Below are positions 56,379-64,000 of a stretch of DNA of 64,000 nt, in pieces. A program made the translations under genes and the position numbers. The notes beneath the pieces were generated by a model, which was not told where the DNA came from, did no database searches, and saw only the letters and a program-made list of their open reading frames with translations. The first letter of the stretch is position 1. Every line of letters begins with the position of its first letter. Origin of the DNA: a bacterium (GTDB lineage: Bacteria; Patescibacteriota; Minisyncoccia; Phycocordibacterales; Phycocordibacteraceae); the NCBI GenBank assembly GCA_021802705.1, contig JAJZRL010000001.1:84379-148378 (forward strand), given 5' to 3'.

Positions 56379-58274
56379 CTAATATTTTCTTGCAACCCGC
56401 AAACCATTCCCGACCGCGATAAGCTCCGCGACTTCGTGAACGGTCACCGCTATGGCAACTGTCAGGAAGCCGATGAGTGCAGAGGGAATAAGGACGGCGA
56501 GGAGGAGTATTGAAAACACAATGTTCTGCAAGCTGATCCCACGAGCTTTTTTCCCCAATCCAATTGCATACGGAATCTTCGTAAGGTCGTCGGCCATAAG
56601 CGCGACATCGGCCGCTTCGATGGCCGCATCGGTGCCAGCTGTGCCCATAACCATGCCGACGGAACTTTCCGCCAGAGCTGGAGCGTCGTTAATTCCGTCG
56701 CCGACCATTGCCACCACTCCGTATTCTTTTTTAAGTTCTTTTATTGCCGCTACTTTTTCGTCTGGTTTGAGATCAGCCTTGATTTGATCAATGCCGAGTT
56801 CTTTTGCGATAGCTTGGGCAGTGACCAAGTTGTCCCCAGTTAACATAACAACGATCATGCCCATGTGTCGGAGCTGGGTGATTACCTGCTTGGCGACAGG
56901 TCTAATTTCATCTCGGACAGCAATCATTCCAAACAATGCTTTATCCGACCCGACGAGCATAATGGTCTTTCCTTCTTTTCTAAGCTTTTCCATCTTAGAG
57001 TCGAAAGGGGTTACATCAAGCTTTGAAAATAAATCTTTTTTGCCCACATAAATTGTCTGGCCATCTATGACTGCTTTTGTACCGAAGCCGGACATCGCTA
57101 TGAAGTCAGAAGACGGCAAATTTTCTATAGCAAGCGATTCCGCATATCTCACGATAGCTTGGGCGAGCGGATGGCCATTAAACTTCTCCACGCTATAGGC
57201 CAATGTGAGGACATTTTTCTCGTCGCTGTTGATGGGAATAATGTCGGTGACTATCGGCTCTCCGCGAGTCAGCGTCCCAGTTTTATCAAACGCAACAGCT
57301 CTGATTTTCCCCAAGTTCTCCAAATAGACACCGCCTTTGATGAGCACGCCTTCGCGTCCGGCTCGGCCGATTCCGGCGGCCACGGCTACCGGCGTAGACA
57401 TGACCAGCGCACACGGAGCGGCGGCGACCAAGAGGACAACTGCACGAACGCCCCACGCTGAAAGTGAAGGATCTATCAGAGAAAACAGTGCAAGACCTAT
57501 TGCGCTAAAGAGTACAACCGGCGAGTAGTATTTACCGAACTTTTCAATAAACTGCTGGGCTTTGCCTTTCTTTTCCTGCGCCTCCTCGACCAAATGCACG
57601 ATTTTGGAGAGCGTATTGTTCTCAAAGGTTGCCGTAACTTGAATCTCCAGCGCGCCTTCTTGATTGATGGTGGCGGCGAACACATGCATCCCTTGGCCTT
57701 TTTCCACAGGGATTGATTCGCCGGTGACCGGGGCTTCGTTCAGACTAGACTTGCCTTTGATGATTGTGCCATCGGTTGCGATGGATTCACCAGGGCGCAC
57801 CAAAAATATATCGCCGACTTTCAGTTCGCTAGCAGGAATCATTGTCTGTTTTCCATCTCGCATAATTCTGGCTTCCTTTGGTGCGAGATCGAGGAGTTTG
57901 CGGATCGAGGCTCGCGCTCGTGCATAGGCGTATTCCTCTAGTCCTTCGGCAACGCCATAGATAAATACCAAAAAGGCTGCCTCGTCCCACATGCCGAGGA
58001 TTATGGAGCCAATAGTCGCTCCGAGCATCAGAAGCTCTATGCCGATCTCTTTGCATTCGACCAGCTCCTCAATGCCTTCACGCGTCCAGTGGTAGCCTCC
58101 GATGACAATCGCAAAAATATAAATACCGATTTCAAATCCGGAAGGGATAATGCCGAGGTGTCTCAAACCAAATGCCAACAAGGTTAGGCCCCCAGCGATG
58201 AGAGCGTTTCGCATCGGCGGATGCGCGTAGAGCTTGCCATCAAATCCATCATGATCTTTTTCTTTGTGTGCCAT
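56379..58274 (-). CDS. heavy-metal P1B ATPase (Zn/Cd/Co/Fe type, no N-terminal MBD)
   Basis: TGES, AAPCALVMSTP, DKTGT, GDGIND, HEVAEL in the last TM. Confidence 0.93.
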   Translation of the reverse strand: MAHKEKDHDGFDGKLYAHPPMRNALIAGGLTLLAFGLRHLGIIPSGFEIGIYIFAIVIGGYHWTREGIEELVECKEIGIELLMLGATIGSIILGMWDEAAFLVFIYGVAEGLEEYAYARARASIRKLLDLAPKEARIMRDGKQTMIPASELKVGDIFLVRPGESIATDGTIIKGKSSLNEAPVTGESIPVEKGQGMHVFAATINQEGALEIQVTATFENNTLSKIVHLVEEAQEKKGKAQQFIEKFGKYYSPVVLFSAIGLALFSLIDPSLSAWGVRAVVLLVAAAPCALVMSTPVAVAAGIGRAGREGVLIKGGVYLENLGKIRAVAFDKTGTLTRGEPIVTDIIPINSDEKNVLTLAYSVEKFNGHPLAQAIVRYAESLAIENLPSSDFIAMSGFGTKAVIDGQTIYVGKKDLFSKLDVTPFDSKMEKLRKEGKTIMLVGSDKALFGMIAVRDEIRPVAKQVITQLRHMGMIVVMLTGDNLVTAQAIAKELGIDQIKADLKPDEKVAAIKELKKEYGVVAMVGDGINDAPALAESSVGMVMGTAGTDAAIEAADVALMADDLTKIPYAIGLGKKARGISLQNIVFSILLLAVLIPSALIGFLTVAIAVTVHEVAELIAVGNGLRVARKY

Positions 58275-58278
58275 AGGA

Positions 58279-58641
58279 TTATTTAACAATGATTTTGCCG
58301 TGATACATGTTCATGCCGCAGGAATAGGTAAATTCGCCGGTTTGTTGAGGTGTCAATTCTACGGTTACTTTTTGATTAAGCGGCAGATATTTGCGTATTT
58401 TGAAATCTCCTAGCACTACTTCTTCAAGGCAGCTCGTTGGGTCTTTACGGATAAAATTTACCTTTGTTGTCTTTTCTTTGGGAATCGAGATAGTTTCGGG
58501 TGAGTAACCGCCCTCTACAATGATGTCTACAGATGAATCAGAAACAGCAACTTCTTTTTCGCGTTTGCCCAAGAAAAACCAATAGGTAAAGGCAATTCCT
58601 GCAAGGCCGACTATAGTGACGATGATTTTATCTGGTGTCAT
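58279..58641 (-). CDS. membrane-anchored cupredoxin (CupA-like)
   Basis: TM, GGYSPETI, TSCLEEV, YSCGMNMYHG. Confidence 0.9.
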   Translation of the reverse strand: MTPDKIIVTIVGLAGIAFTYWFFLGKREKEVAVSDSSVDIIVEGGYSPETISIPKEKTTKVNFIRKDPTSCLEEVVLGDFKIRKYLPLNQKVTVELTPQQTGEFTYSCGMNMYHGKIIVK

Positions 58642-58649
58642 ATTTCTAT

Positions 58650-58988
58650 TTAGCGTAACGCGTGTTCTGTGATTTCAAGATTACAGCTATGATGCTGTTT
58701 GCACCACACCTCGCATTTCTCTGCCCACTCTTTCTCCGCGTACCTGAAGCCACATTCAGGACAAACATGGGCTCCTGATTCTTCTTTCTCGATCTTGTAG
58801 TCTCCAAGATTCTCGATTTCTTTTTTCAGAGTCTCAAGGTCAAGAGCTTCGTTATGCTCTATTTCTGTTTTTCCGGTCGTAAAATCTACAGTGCAACTCA
58901 AGACCTCCTTGTGATCTTTACAGACATCTTCAATGAGCATCTTGCATGCGTTGCAATGAGTGCCTTTGATGGTGAGATTGGTTTTCAT
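58650..58988 (-). CDS. CopZ-like HMA domain fused to a Cys/His-rich domain
   Basis: GTHCNAC; C-terminal CPECGFRY...CEVWCKQHHSC..EITEHA. Confidence 0.85.
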   Translation of the reverse strand: MKTNLTIKGTHCNACKMLIEDVCKDHKEVLSCTVDFTTGKTEIEHNEALDLETLKKEIENLGDYKIEKEESGAHVCPECGFRYAEKEWAEKCEVWCKQHHSCNLEITEHALR

Positions 58989-59209
58989 GTATTTTTTGTA
59001 TCGTCTTTCTTTGTCGTTTCTTCTTTTTTATGACCTCGATTCATCATCGCCATCATGAGCACCATTGAGAGCGGACAGATGAACGCGACGAGCAACCCCG
59101 AATACTTGAGCATCTGTGGTGCAAAGAAGTAGAACAGAATGATCACAGCAAGTACGCCAATAATAACCTTCGGATTCAAGCAACACTTGATCATTTCCCA
59201 GATGCTCAT
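58985..59209 (-). CDS. small membrane protein (DUF2933-like)
   Basis: CC near the N-terminus, ICPLSMVLMM..M..GH. Confidence 0.75.
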   Translation of the reverse strand: MSIWEMIKCCLNPKVIIGVLAVIILFYFFAPQMLKYSGLLVAFICPLSMVLMMAMMNRGHKKEETTKKDDTKNT

Positions 59210-59213
59210 ATGT

Positions 59214-60953
59214 TTATGAATCTATGACGTTAAAGCTGGTTTGTAATGCGCCCATGGGACAGACCACCCGCACGATGCCAGTGTGAGTCGGTGTAAATTT
59301 AAGGACGTTTTTCCCGCCAACCGCAAGAAGCTGTGATACTCCGTAGTCGGGAATTGTCATCACTCCCATACAGCCACCCACGTTGACCTTGTCGTCAACA
59401 GTAAGTTCAACCGGGACGTTATTTTTTACCGTAATCATCTGCGGATAAAATCCACGCTCTCGCGAGACCTCCATCGAGACTTGCTGTGCTTGTACGCATG
59501 TTGCTTTCGTAGGATCACACACTGACGAGTCTGTAGATGCCTGCGCGTCGGCCGAGACAACTGTACCGCTCGTATTCGGTATGACCGTAAACGACGCACC
59601 GCGCGTCATCATACCCATAGGACAGTTGAAAGGAATTGTTCCAGTTTCTGTCGGTGTGAACGTAACGGTGGTAATGCCCTGCGAAGAGAAGGATTTTGTG
59701 ATGCCAAGTGTCGGCATCACGAGTACCTGTCCGCAGCCTGCAGCTTGGCCTCCGTCGATTCTCCACTCAACCGGAATACCGGCTTGCACGGTAAAGTGCG
59801 AAGGACTGTAACTGTAGCCACTCACTTTCATCTCGACGATCTGTTTTCCATCTTCGATCGGTGCTGTCGCGGCTTGCGCGACGACTCCGCCGCTGGACGG
59901 AAAAGAGAGATTCACTCCCGTCAGCGTCAAAGCGTTGCCGATGTTCCAGAAGCCAAGCAGTACCACGAGGACGGCAGAGAATCGCAAGAAATGCTTTTGA
60001 AATGCACCTTTGGCAAAGCTCGACAAAGCGCTAAGAGAAAGCAGCATCGGCAAAGTACCGAGCGAGAATGCAAGCATAGTGAGCGCTCCTCCGGTGAAGT
60101 TGCCGAGGGTGAGTACGTAGAGTTGCAGCGCCAAGGTAAAGCCGCACGGCAGGAAGAAAGTAAGCGCACCTAAGACGAATGCGCCGCCTTTGGTATCTTT
60201 CCCGCTCAAGTCATGGATTTTGTGTGCGATGAACTTCGGCATACTTGGTTGAAGCCGTCGCATCCATGGGAATAGATTCAAGAGCTGAAACCCAAGAATA
60301 ATCATCACGAGACTTGCAATGATTGAGAGGAATCCTGTGCCTCGTGCCGAGAGGCTAATTACAGAGCCAAGCGCACCGATAAGACCTCCAAAGAACGTGT
60401 AGGAGACAATACGACCGGCGTTGAAGTAGAGTGTTGGTTTGAATTTTTGGTAGCCCGTGAGGTTTGGATATAGCTCGTTGTATTTTGCAGCTGCTGCTAG
60501 CAAGAGTCCTCCCGCCACCGCAAGACAGCTTGATGTACCGGCCACAAGCCCGATCAAGAAGATAAAGCCGTAGCTCATGTTGTTTGTAATACCGAGGCCT
60601 TCAGGGATGATGTGGAATTGTTTGAGAATCAGATACGCAGCGAGAATAAACAAGAACACTGCTCCAATCTCAGCGTAGTCGCGAGCGGTGTTCTTGTGTT
60701 TGGTGGCTTCGGGCGAAGTGTGGCGATCTTCCCACTTGGAAACAGAGTAGCCGTCTTCTTTGATTGCACTTTCAAATGCATGAAGCGGAACATGCTCCCG
60801 CGAGAAGACTTCAGCCTTGCCACTAACAAAGCTGACATTTACCTTTTCGACGCCGGGAAGCTTTTTGAATTTACGTTCAACTAGGACTTCACAACTTGCA
60901 CAGTGAGTGCCGTGAATCTTAAGTTTTGTTTTTTGTAATTGAGACATAAGCAT
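59214..60953 (-). CDS. HMA + DsbD_2/sulfite-exporter-like TM domain + two cupredoxin domains
   Basis: GTHCASC, SCLAVAGG, GRIVSY, LPCG, FSLGTLP, two CPMG cupredoxin ends. Confidence 0.88.
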   Translation of the reverse strand: MLMSQLQKTKLKIHGTHCASCEVLVERKFKKLPGVEKVNVSFVSGKAEVFSREHVPLHAFESAIKEDGYSVSKWEDRHTSPEATKHKNTARDYAEIGAVFLFILAAYLILKQFHIIPEGLGITNNMSYGFIFLIGLVAGTSSCLAVAGGLLLAAAAKYNELYPNLTGYQKFKPTLYFNAGRIVSYTFFGGLIGALGSVISLSARGTGFLSIIASLVMIILGFQLLNLFPWMRRLQPSMPKFIAHKIHDLSGKDTKGGAFVLGALTFFLPCGFTLALQLYVLTLGNFTGGALTMLAFSLGTLPMLLSLSALSSFAKGAFQKHFLRFSAVLVVLLGFWNIGNALTLTGVNLSFPSSGGVVAQAATAPIEDGKQIVEMKVSGYSYSPSHFTVQAGIPVEWRIDGGQAAGCGQVLVMPTLGITKSFSSQGITTVTFTPTETGTIPFNCPMGMMTRGASFTVIPNTSGTVVSADAQASTDSSVCDPTKATCVQAQQVSMEVSRERGFYPQMITVKNNVPVELTVDDKVNVGGCMGVMTIPDYGVSQLLAVGGKNVLKFTPTHTGIVRVVCPMGALQTSFNVIDS

Positions 60954-60958
60954 TTTAA

Positions 60959-61576
60959 TTATTCACCTGCTGGAAATGCGTAGGACGCAGGAATAGCCTG
61001 CGGAGCTTCCGCGCCCGTACCATAGACGATTACTATTTCTTGATGTGCTTGCAGTTGCAACTCTCGCGGATCGCCTTGATAAAGCGTACCATTCGAGTAC
61101 ACCTTGAGCGTTTTATCTCCCGATGCGACATAGGCACCGATTGTGTCCTTCGTGAATTTCACTCCCCAGATGTCGAAGAATTGTCCGAGCGTGAATGTTT
61201 GTATTTTCGGCGACTCGACATGAATGACGCCAGTACCGTCATGCACATGGATGTCGGAAATGAATCCCGCAACCTGATTGATACCGATATTTGCAGGCAC
61301 TGGTGTCGGCTTGCCGTCAATGACGATGTCGAGATGTTGATGGATGTGTAGCGCCGTTCCTTCCGAAGAGAGCGCAGGAAGTCCTATTGCTTTTAGACGC
61401 GCAGGAAGATTTGGAATCTCGGCTCCCCACGGGGCATTAGTTGTTTGAATGCCTGGAAGCTCTCCTGATTCTGCAACAGGTGCCGGACTTTTACTTGGGA
61501 ATATATGGCTCCAAGAAAATAGGACGCCGAGCACGACTACAAATCCAACTATGCACAGTATTGTTTTTGTCTTCAT
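60959..61576 (-). CDS. membrane-anchored His-motif protein, putative metal-binding
   Basis: TM, LHIHQHL, IHVHDGTGVIHVES, TLGQFFDIWG. Confidence 0.8.
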   Translation of the reverse strand: MKTKTILCIVGFVVVLGVLFSWSHIFPSKSPAPVAESGELPGIQTTNAPWGAEIPNLPARLKAIGLPALSSEGTALHIHQHLDIVIDGKPTPVPANIGINQVAGFISDIHVHDGTGVIHVESPKIQTFTLGQFFDIWGVKFTKDTIGAYVASGDKTLKVYSNGTLYQGDPRELQLQAHQEIVIVYGTGAEAPQAIPASYAFPAGE

Positions 61577-61580
61577 AGTT

Positions 61581-62200
61581 TTATTTCTTTAGTGCAGCAT
61601 CTATTGCCTGCTTGAATGCTGCGTATGGCTGTGCGCCGGAAATCAATTGTTTGCCGATGATCGTTCCGGGAGTGCCATTAATTCCCATTGCGCTTCCTTC
61701 TGCCTTATCAGCATCCATTTCTTTTTGATATGTATCGGCATTCTTCACTGCAAGTTGCATGGCTTTTTGAGCGTCGGTTGCACCGAGTACGCCAGTCGTA
61801 ATCGAGAGAATCTTCGCGTCCGTTGCCCAGCCGGTATTTTCGGTTCCTTGATTGTCGTAGACGGCTTTGTGCCACTGGTAGAATTTAGTTGGCGCAATAT
61901 CCCACACGGCACGCGCTACTTTCCCAAGTCGTTGTGAATCTTCACTCAAGAATTGAAAATCTTTGAATACGATTTTTACCTTGCCGGTATCGACATAATC
62001 TTTGACGATTTGCGGCATTACCGTCTCTTCGTTTTGTTTGCAGAATGGGCACTGGTAGTCATACCAGTACGCAATAGTGACAGGAGCATCCACTTTCCCG
62101 ACGTATGGTTCTCCGTCAGTTTTGACATTGCTAATGTCAACGGCTATTTGTGGAGCGGCTTGCGCTTGAGCCTGTTGCTGTGGAACTGCAGCAGCACTTC
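61581..62200 (-). pseudogene. DsbA/thioredoxin_4 family protein, 5'-truncated
   Basis: G..DAPVTI...DYQCPFC, GINGTPG; no start codon or TM anchor upstream of the Q/A linker; frame runs into the tRNA. Confidence 0.75.
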
Positions 62201-62241
62201 CCTGATAGGGGACGGTCGCGGAACACGCTATCAGGTTCGTG

Positions 62242-62328
62242 CGGAGGCGGAGAGATTCGAACTCTCGAGACCCTTTCGAGCCTGCCGCCTTTCCAAGGCG
62301 GTGCACTAGACCGCTATGCGACGCCTCC
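62242..62328 (-). tRNA. tRNA-Ser(GGA)
   Basis: GGAGGCGTCGCATAGCGGTCTAGTGCA-CCGCC-TT-GGA-AA-GGCGG, long variable arm, GTTCGAATC. Confidence 0.96.
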
Positions 62329-62365
62329 CGTTATGGTTAGGTTATAGCAGAAAAATCCGTTTTCA

Positions 62366-63268
62366 TCACGCTTTCGGACCGAGGAGCGCTTTGATGCGGT
62401 CGGGAATGGGGGGATGGGTGGAAAAGAGCCGTTCGATCCAGCCGGAGCTACCGCCGGATTTCGCTCCGAAAGGATCGCCGATGAAAAGATGCGCGGTCGC
62501 AAGGCTGGTGTGCTGCATCGGCGTCGTGTAGCTGCCGATCTTTTGAAGCGCGGAGGCGAGACCTTCAGGATACCGCGTGAGCAATACTCCCGAAGCGTCC
62601 GCAAGATATTCGCGCCGGCGAGAAACCGCGAGCTCTATGAGCTTTGCCGCGAGTGGAGCGAGTATGATGCCGACGACGGCGAGCACGAGAAGGAGCGCGT
62701 TCCCGTTGCCGTTATCATCGCGGCGGCCGCCGCCCCAGAAAGAGAGCCTCAAGAAAATGTCCGCGACGATAGCGACAAAGCCCGCGAGCACGACCGCGAC
62801 GGTCATGAGGAGCATGTCGCGGTTCTTGATGTGAGAGAGCTCATGCGCGATAACGCCCTCGAGTTCCGGGCGCGTCATCATGGAAAGAAGCCCTGTCGTC
62901 GCGCACACGACCGCATGCGCTTCGTCGCGGCCGGTTGCGAAAGCGTTCGGTGCCGGATCATCGATCACGTAGAGCTTCGGTTTCGGCAGCCCGGCTGCCA
63001 TCGAGAGGTTTTCCGCGACCGTATAGAAATCGAAGAATTCCTCGCGGGTCGCGGGTCGCGCGCGGTTTAAAGAAAGCACGAGCGTATCCGAAGCCCAGTA
63101 CGCATAGAAATTCGTCACGACAGCGATGACAACCGCGATGTAGAGGATCGCGGGGTTGCCGTAGTACCAGGAGATCCCGTACCCGACGGCTATGACGACG
63201 ATGAGGAAACCGAACACGAGTACCCACGTCCGGCGGATATTCGAAGCGCGTTCGGCATAGATATCCAT
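62366..63268 (-). CDS. htpX: M48 zinc metalloprotease HtpX
   Basis: PNAFATGR, ELEGVIAHELSH, SRRREYLADA, LFSTHPP..DRI. Confidence 0.95.
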   Translation of the reverse strand: MDIYAERASNIRRTWVLVFGFLIVVIAVGYGISWYYGNPAILYIAVVIAVVTNFYAYWASDTLVLSLNRARPATREEFFDFYTVAENLSMAAGLPKPKLYVIDDPAPNAFATGRDEAHAVVCATTGLLSMMTRPELEGVIAHELSHIKNRDMLLMTVAVVLAGFVAIVADIFLRLSFWGGGRRDDNGNGNALLLVLAVVGIILAPLAAKLIELAVSRRREYLADASGVLLTRYPEGLASALQKIGSYTTPMQHTSLATAHLFIGDPFGAKSGGSSGWIERLFSTHPPIPDRIKALLGPKA

Positions 63269-63275
63269 ACGGAAG

Positions 63276-63953
63276 TCACTGCTGGTCCGGTTTTCCGGAA
63301 GCCAGGGAGCTATAGGCGACGACCTGATTGCGCCCGACCTTTGCCGCGTAGAGAGCCTCGTCGGCTCCTTTATAGAGCGTCTTCGCCTCCTGTGCATCTT
63401 TCGATGAGATGACGCCGAAACTTGCCGTTATCGTCAGGTTCGGATGCTTGTCGAACGTCATCTGCGCGACCTTTTCGCGGAAAATCTCCGCATCGCGCAT
63501 CGCGATCGACTCTCCGGCGCCTCGCAAGAGCACGACGAACTCTTCTCCGCCGACGCGCGCCACGATATCCGTATCGCGCACCGAGTCTATGAGGAGCGCC
63601 GAGACCCTCTGGAGCACTTCGTCGCCGACCGGATGGCCGTAGGTGTCATTGATCTGCTTGAAATGGTCGAGGTCGACGAATATGAGGGAAACTTCCTTGA
63701 GCGGCTCGCCATGCGTCCGGTGTTCCGCCATCTCTCCGCGTATCAGTTTCAAGGATTGATCGAGCTCGTGCTCGAAAACCTTGCGGTTTTTCGTTCCAGT
63801 AAGGGCATCGATGCCGTGCTGCTCTTCCAGGTACTCGATGTGCCAGGCAAGCAGCGCCTTTTCGTTCTCGAGGTCCTTTATCTTTTCTTTCAAAGCCTCG
63901 TTCTTTTCGCCTTCCGGAGAAAGGGCTTTCGGTCTCGATCCGAAAAATTCCAT
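63276..63953 (-). CDS. diguanylate cyclase (coiled coil + GGDEF)
   Basis: DALTG..NR, DLDHFKQINDTYGH..GD, RDTD I-site, RVGGEEF, ADEALYAAK..GRN. Confidence 0.95.
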   Translation of the reverse strand: MEFFGSRPKALSPEGEKNEALKEKIKDLENEKALLAWHIEYLEEQHGIDALTGTKNRKVFEHELDQSLKLIRGEMAEHRTHGEPLKEVSLIFVDLDHFKQINDTYGHPVGDEVLQRVSALLIDSVRDTDIVARVGGEEFVVLLRGAGESIAMRDAEIFREKVAQMTFDKHPNLTITASFGVISSKDAQEAKTLYKGADEALYAAKVGRNQVVAYSSLASGKPDQQ

Positions 63954-63964
63954 ACGGACATCCG

Positions 63965-64000
63965 TCAGAACTGCACCTTTACCGGTTCGGCAGCGGCAGC
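63965..64000 (-). CDS. lemA: 3' end of probable LemA family protein (partial)
   Basis: Manual translation AAAAEPVKVQF* matches the LemA-type C-terminus; upstream of htpX. Only 11 residues visible. Confidence 0.6.
   Translation of the reverse strand, partial: AAAAEPVKVQF

Larger units (their letters stand above)
45273..62241. mobile_element. ~17-kb tRNA-Ser(GGA)-anchored genomic island (terminase module + heavy-metal resistance)
   Basis: Visibly lower GC and different codon style than flanks; bounded by the tRNA 3' end and a tRNA-like scar; phage-like and resistance cargo; no integrase seen. Confidence 0.8.

Noticed and set aside
62201-62306. ORF-track N-terminus of the DsbA protein (MHRLGKAAGS...)
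   Set aside because: It is translated tRNA-Ser sequence. The same artefact affects the ORF starts at 14840 and 12326.

Overview
Bacterial chromosome segment, most likely from a Patescibacteria/CPR (Parcubacteria-like) genome. This is inferred from the compact housekeeping genes, lack of biosynthetic pathways, short S1 and ValRS, class II RNR and leaderless promoters. Positions 1-45.2 kb are GC-rich core: gyrA (partial), rpsA-like, pth, lepB, a degenerate HisRS paralogue, rpsU, ybeY, ftsA, ftsZ, trxB, mscL, rRNA methyltransferases, tsaD, valS, lepA, murJ, rnpB, nrdJ, a MacAB-like exporter, an orphan cytochrome b, an HD-GYP-like protein and six tRNAs. Between tRNA-Glu and tRNA-Val is a 2-gene cargo cassette (secreted protein + M23 peptidase) bracketed by ~88-bp inverted repeats. 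From ~45.3 to 62.2 kb a visibly more AT-rich island runs off the 3' end of tRNA-Ser(GGA). It carries a capsid-less ParB-methyltransferase/TerS/TerL module, two structured non-coding elements (one with P4-CI/P1-c4-like architecture), an ArsR-controlled mer operon and a large copper/heavy-metal cluster whose first gene (dsbA-like) is decapitated at the tRNA junction. The window ends in lemA-GGDEF-htpX. All calls come from reading motifs by eye; no database search was run.
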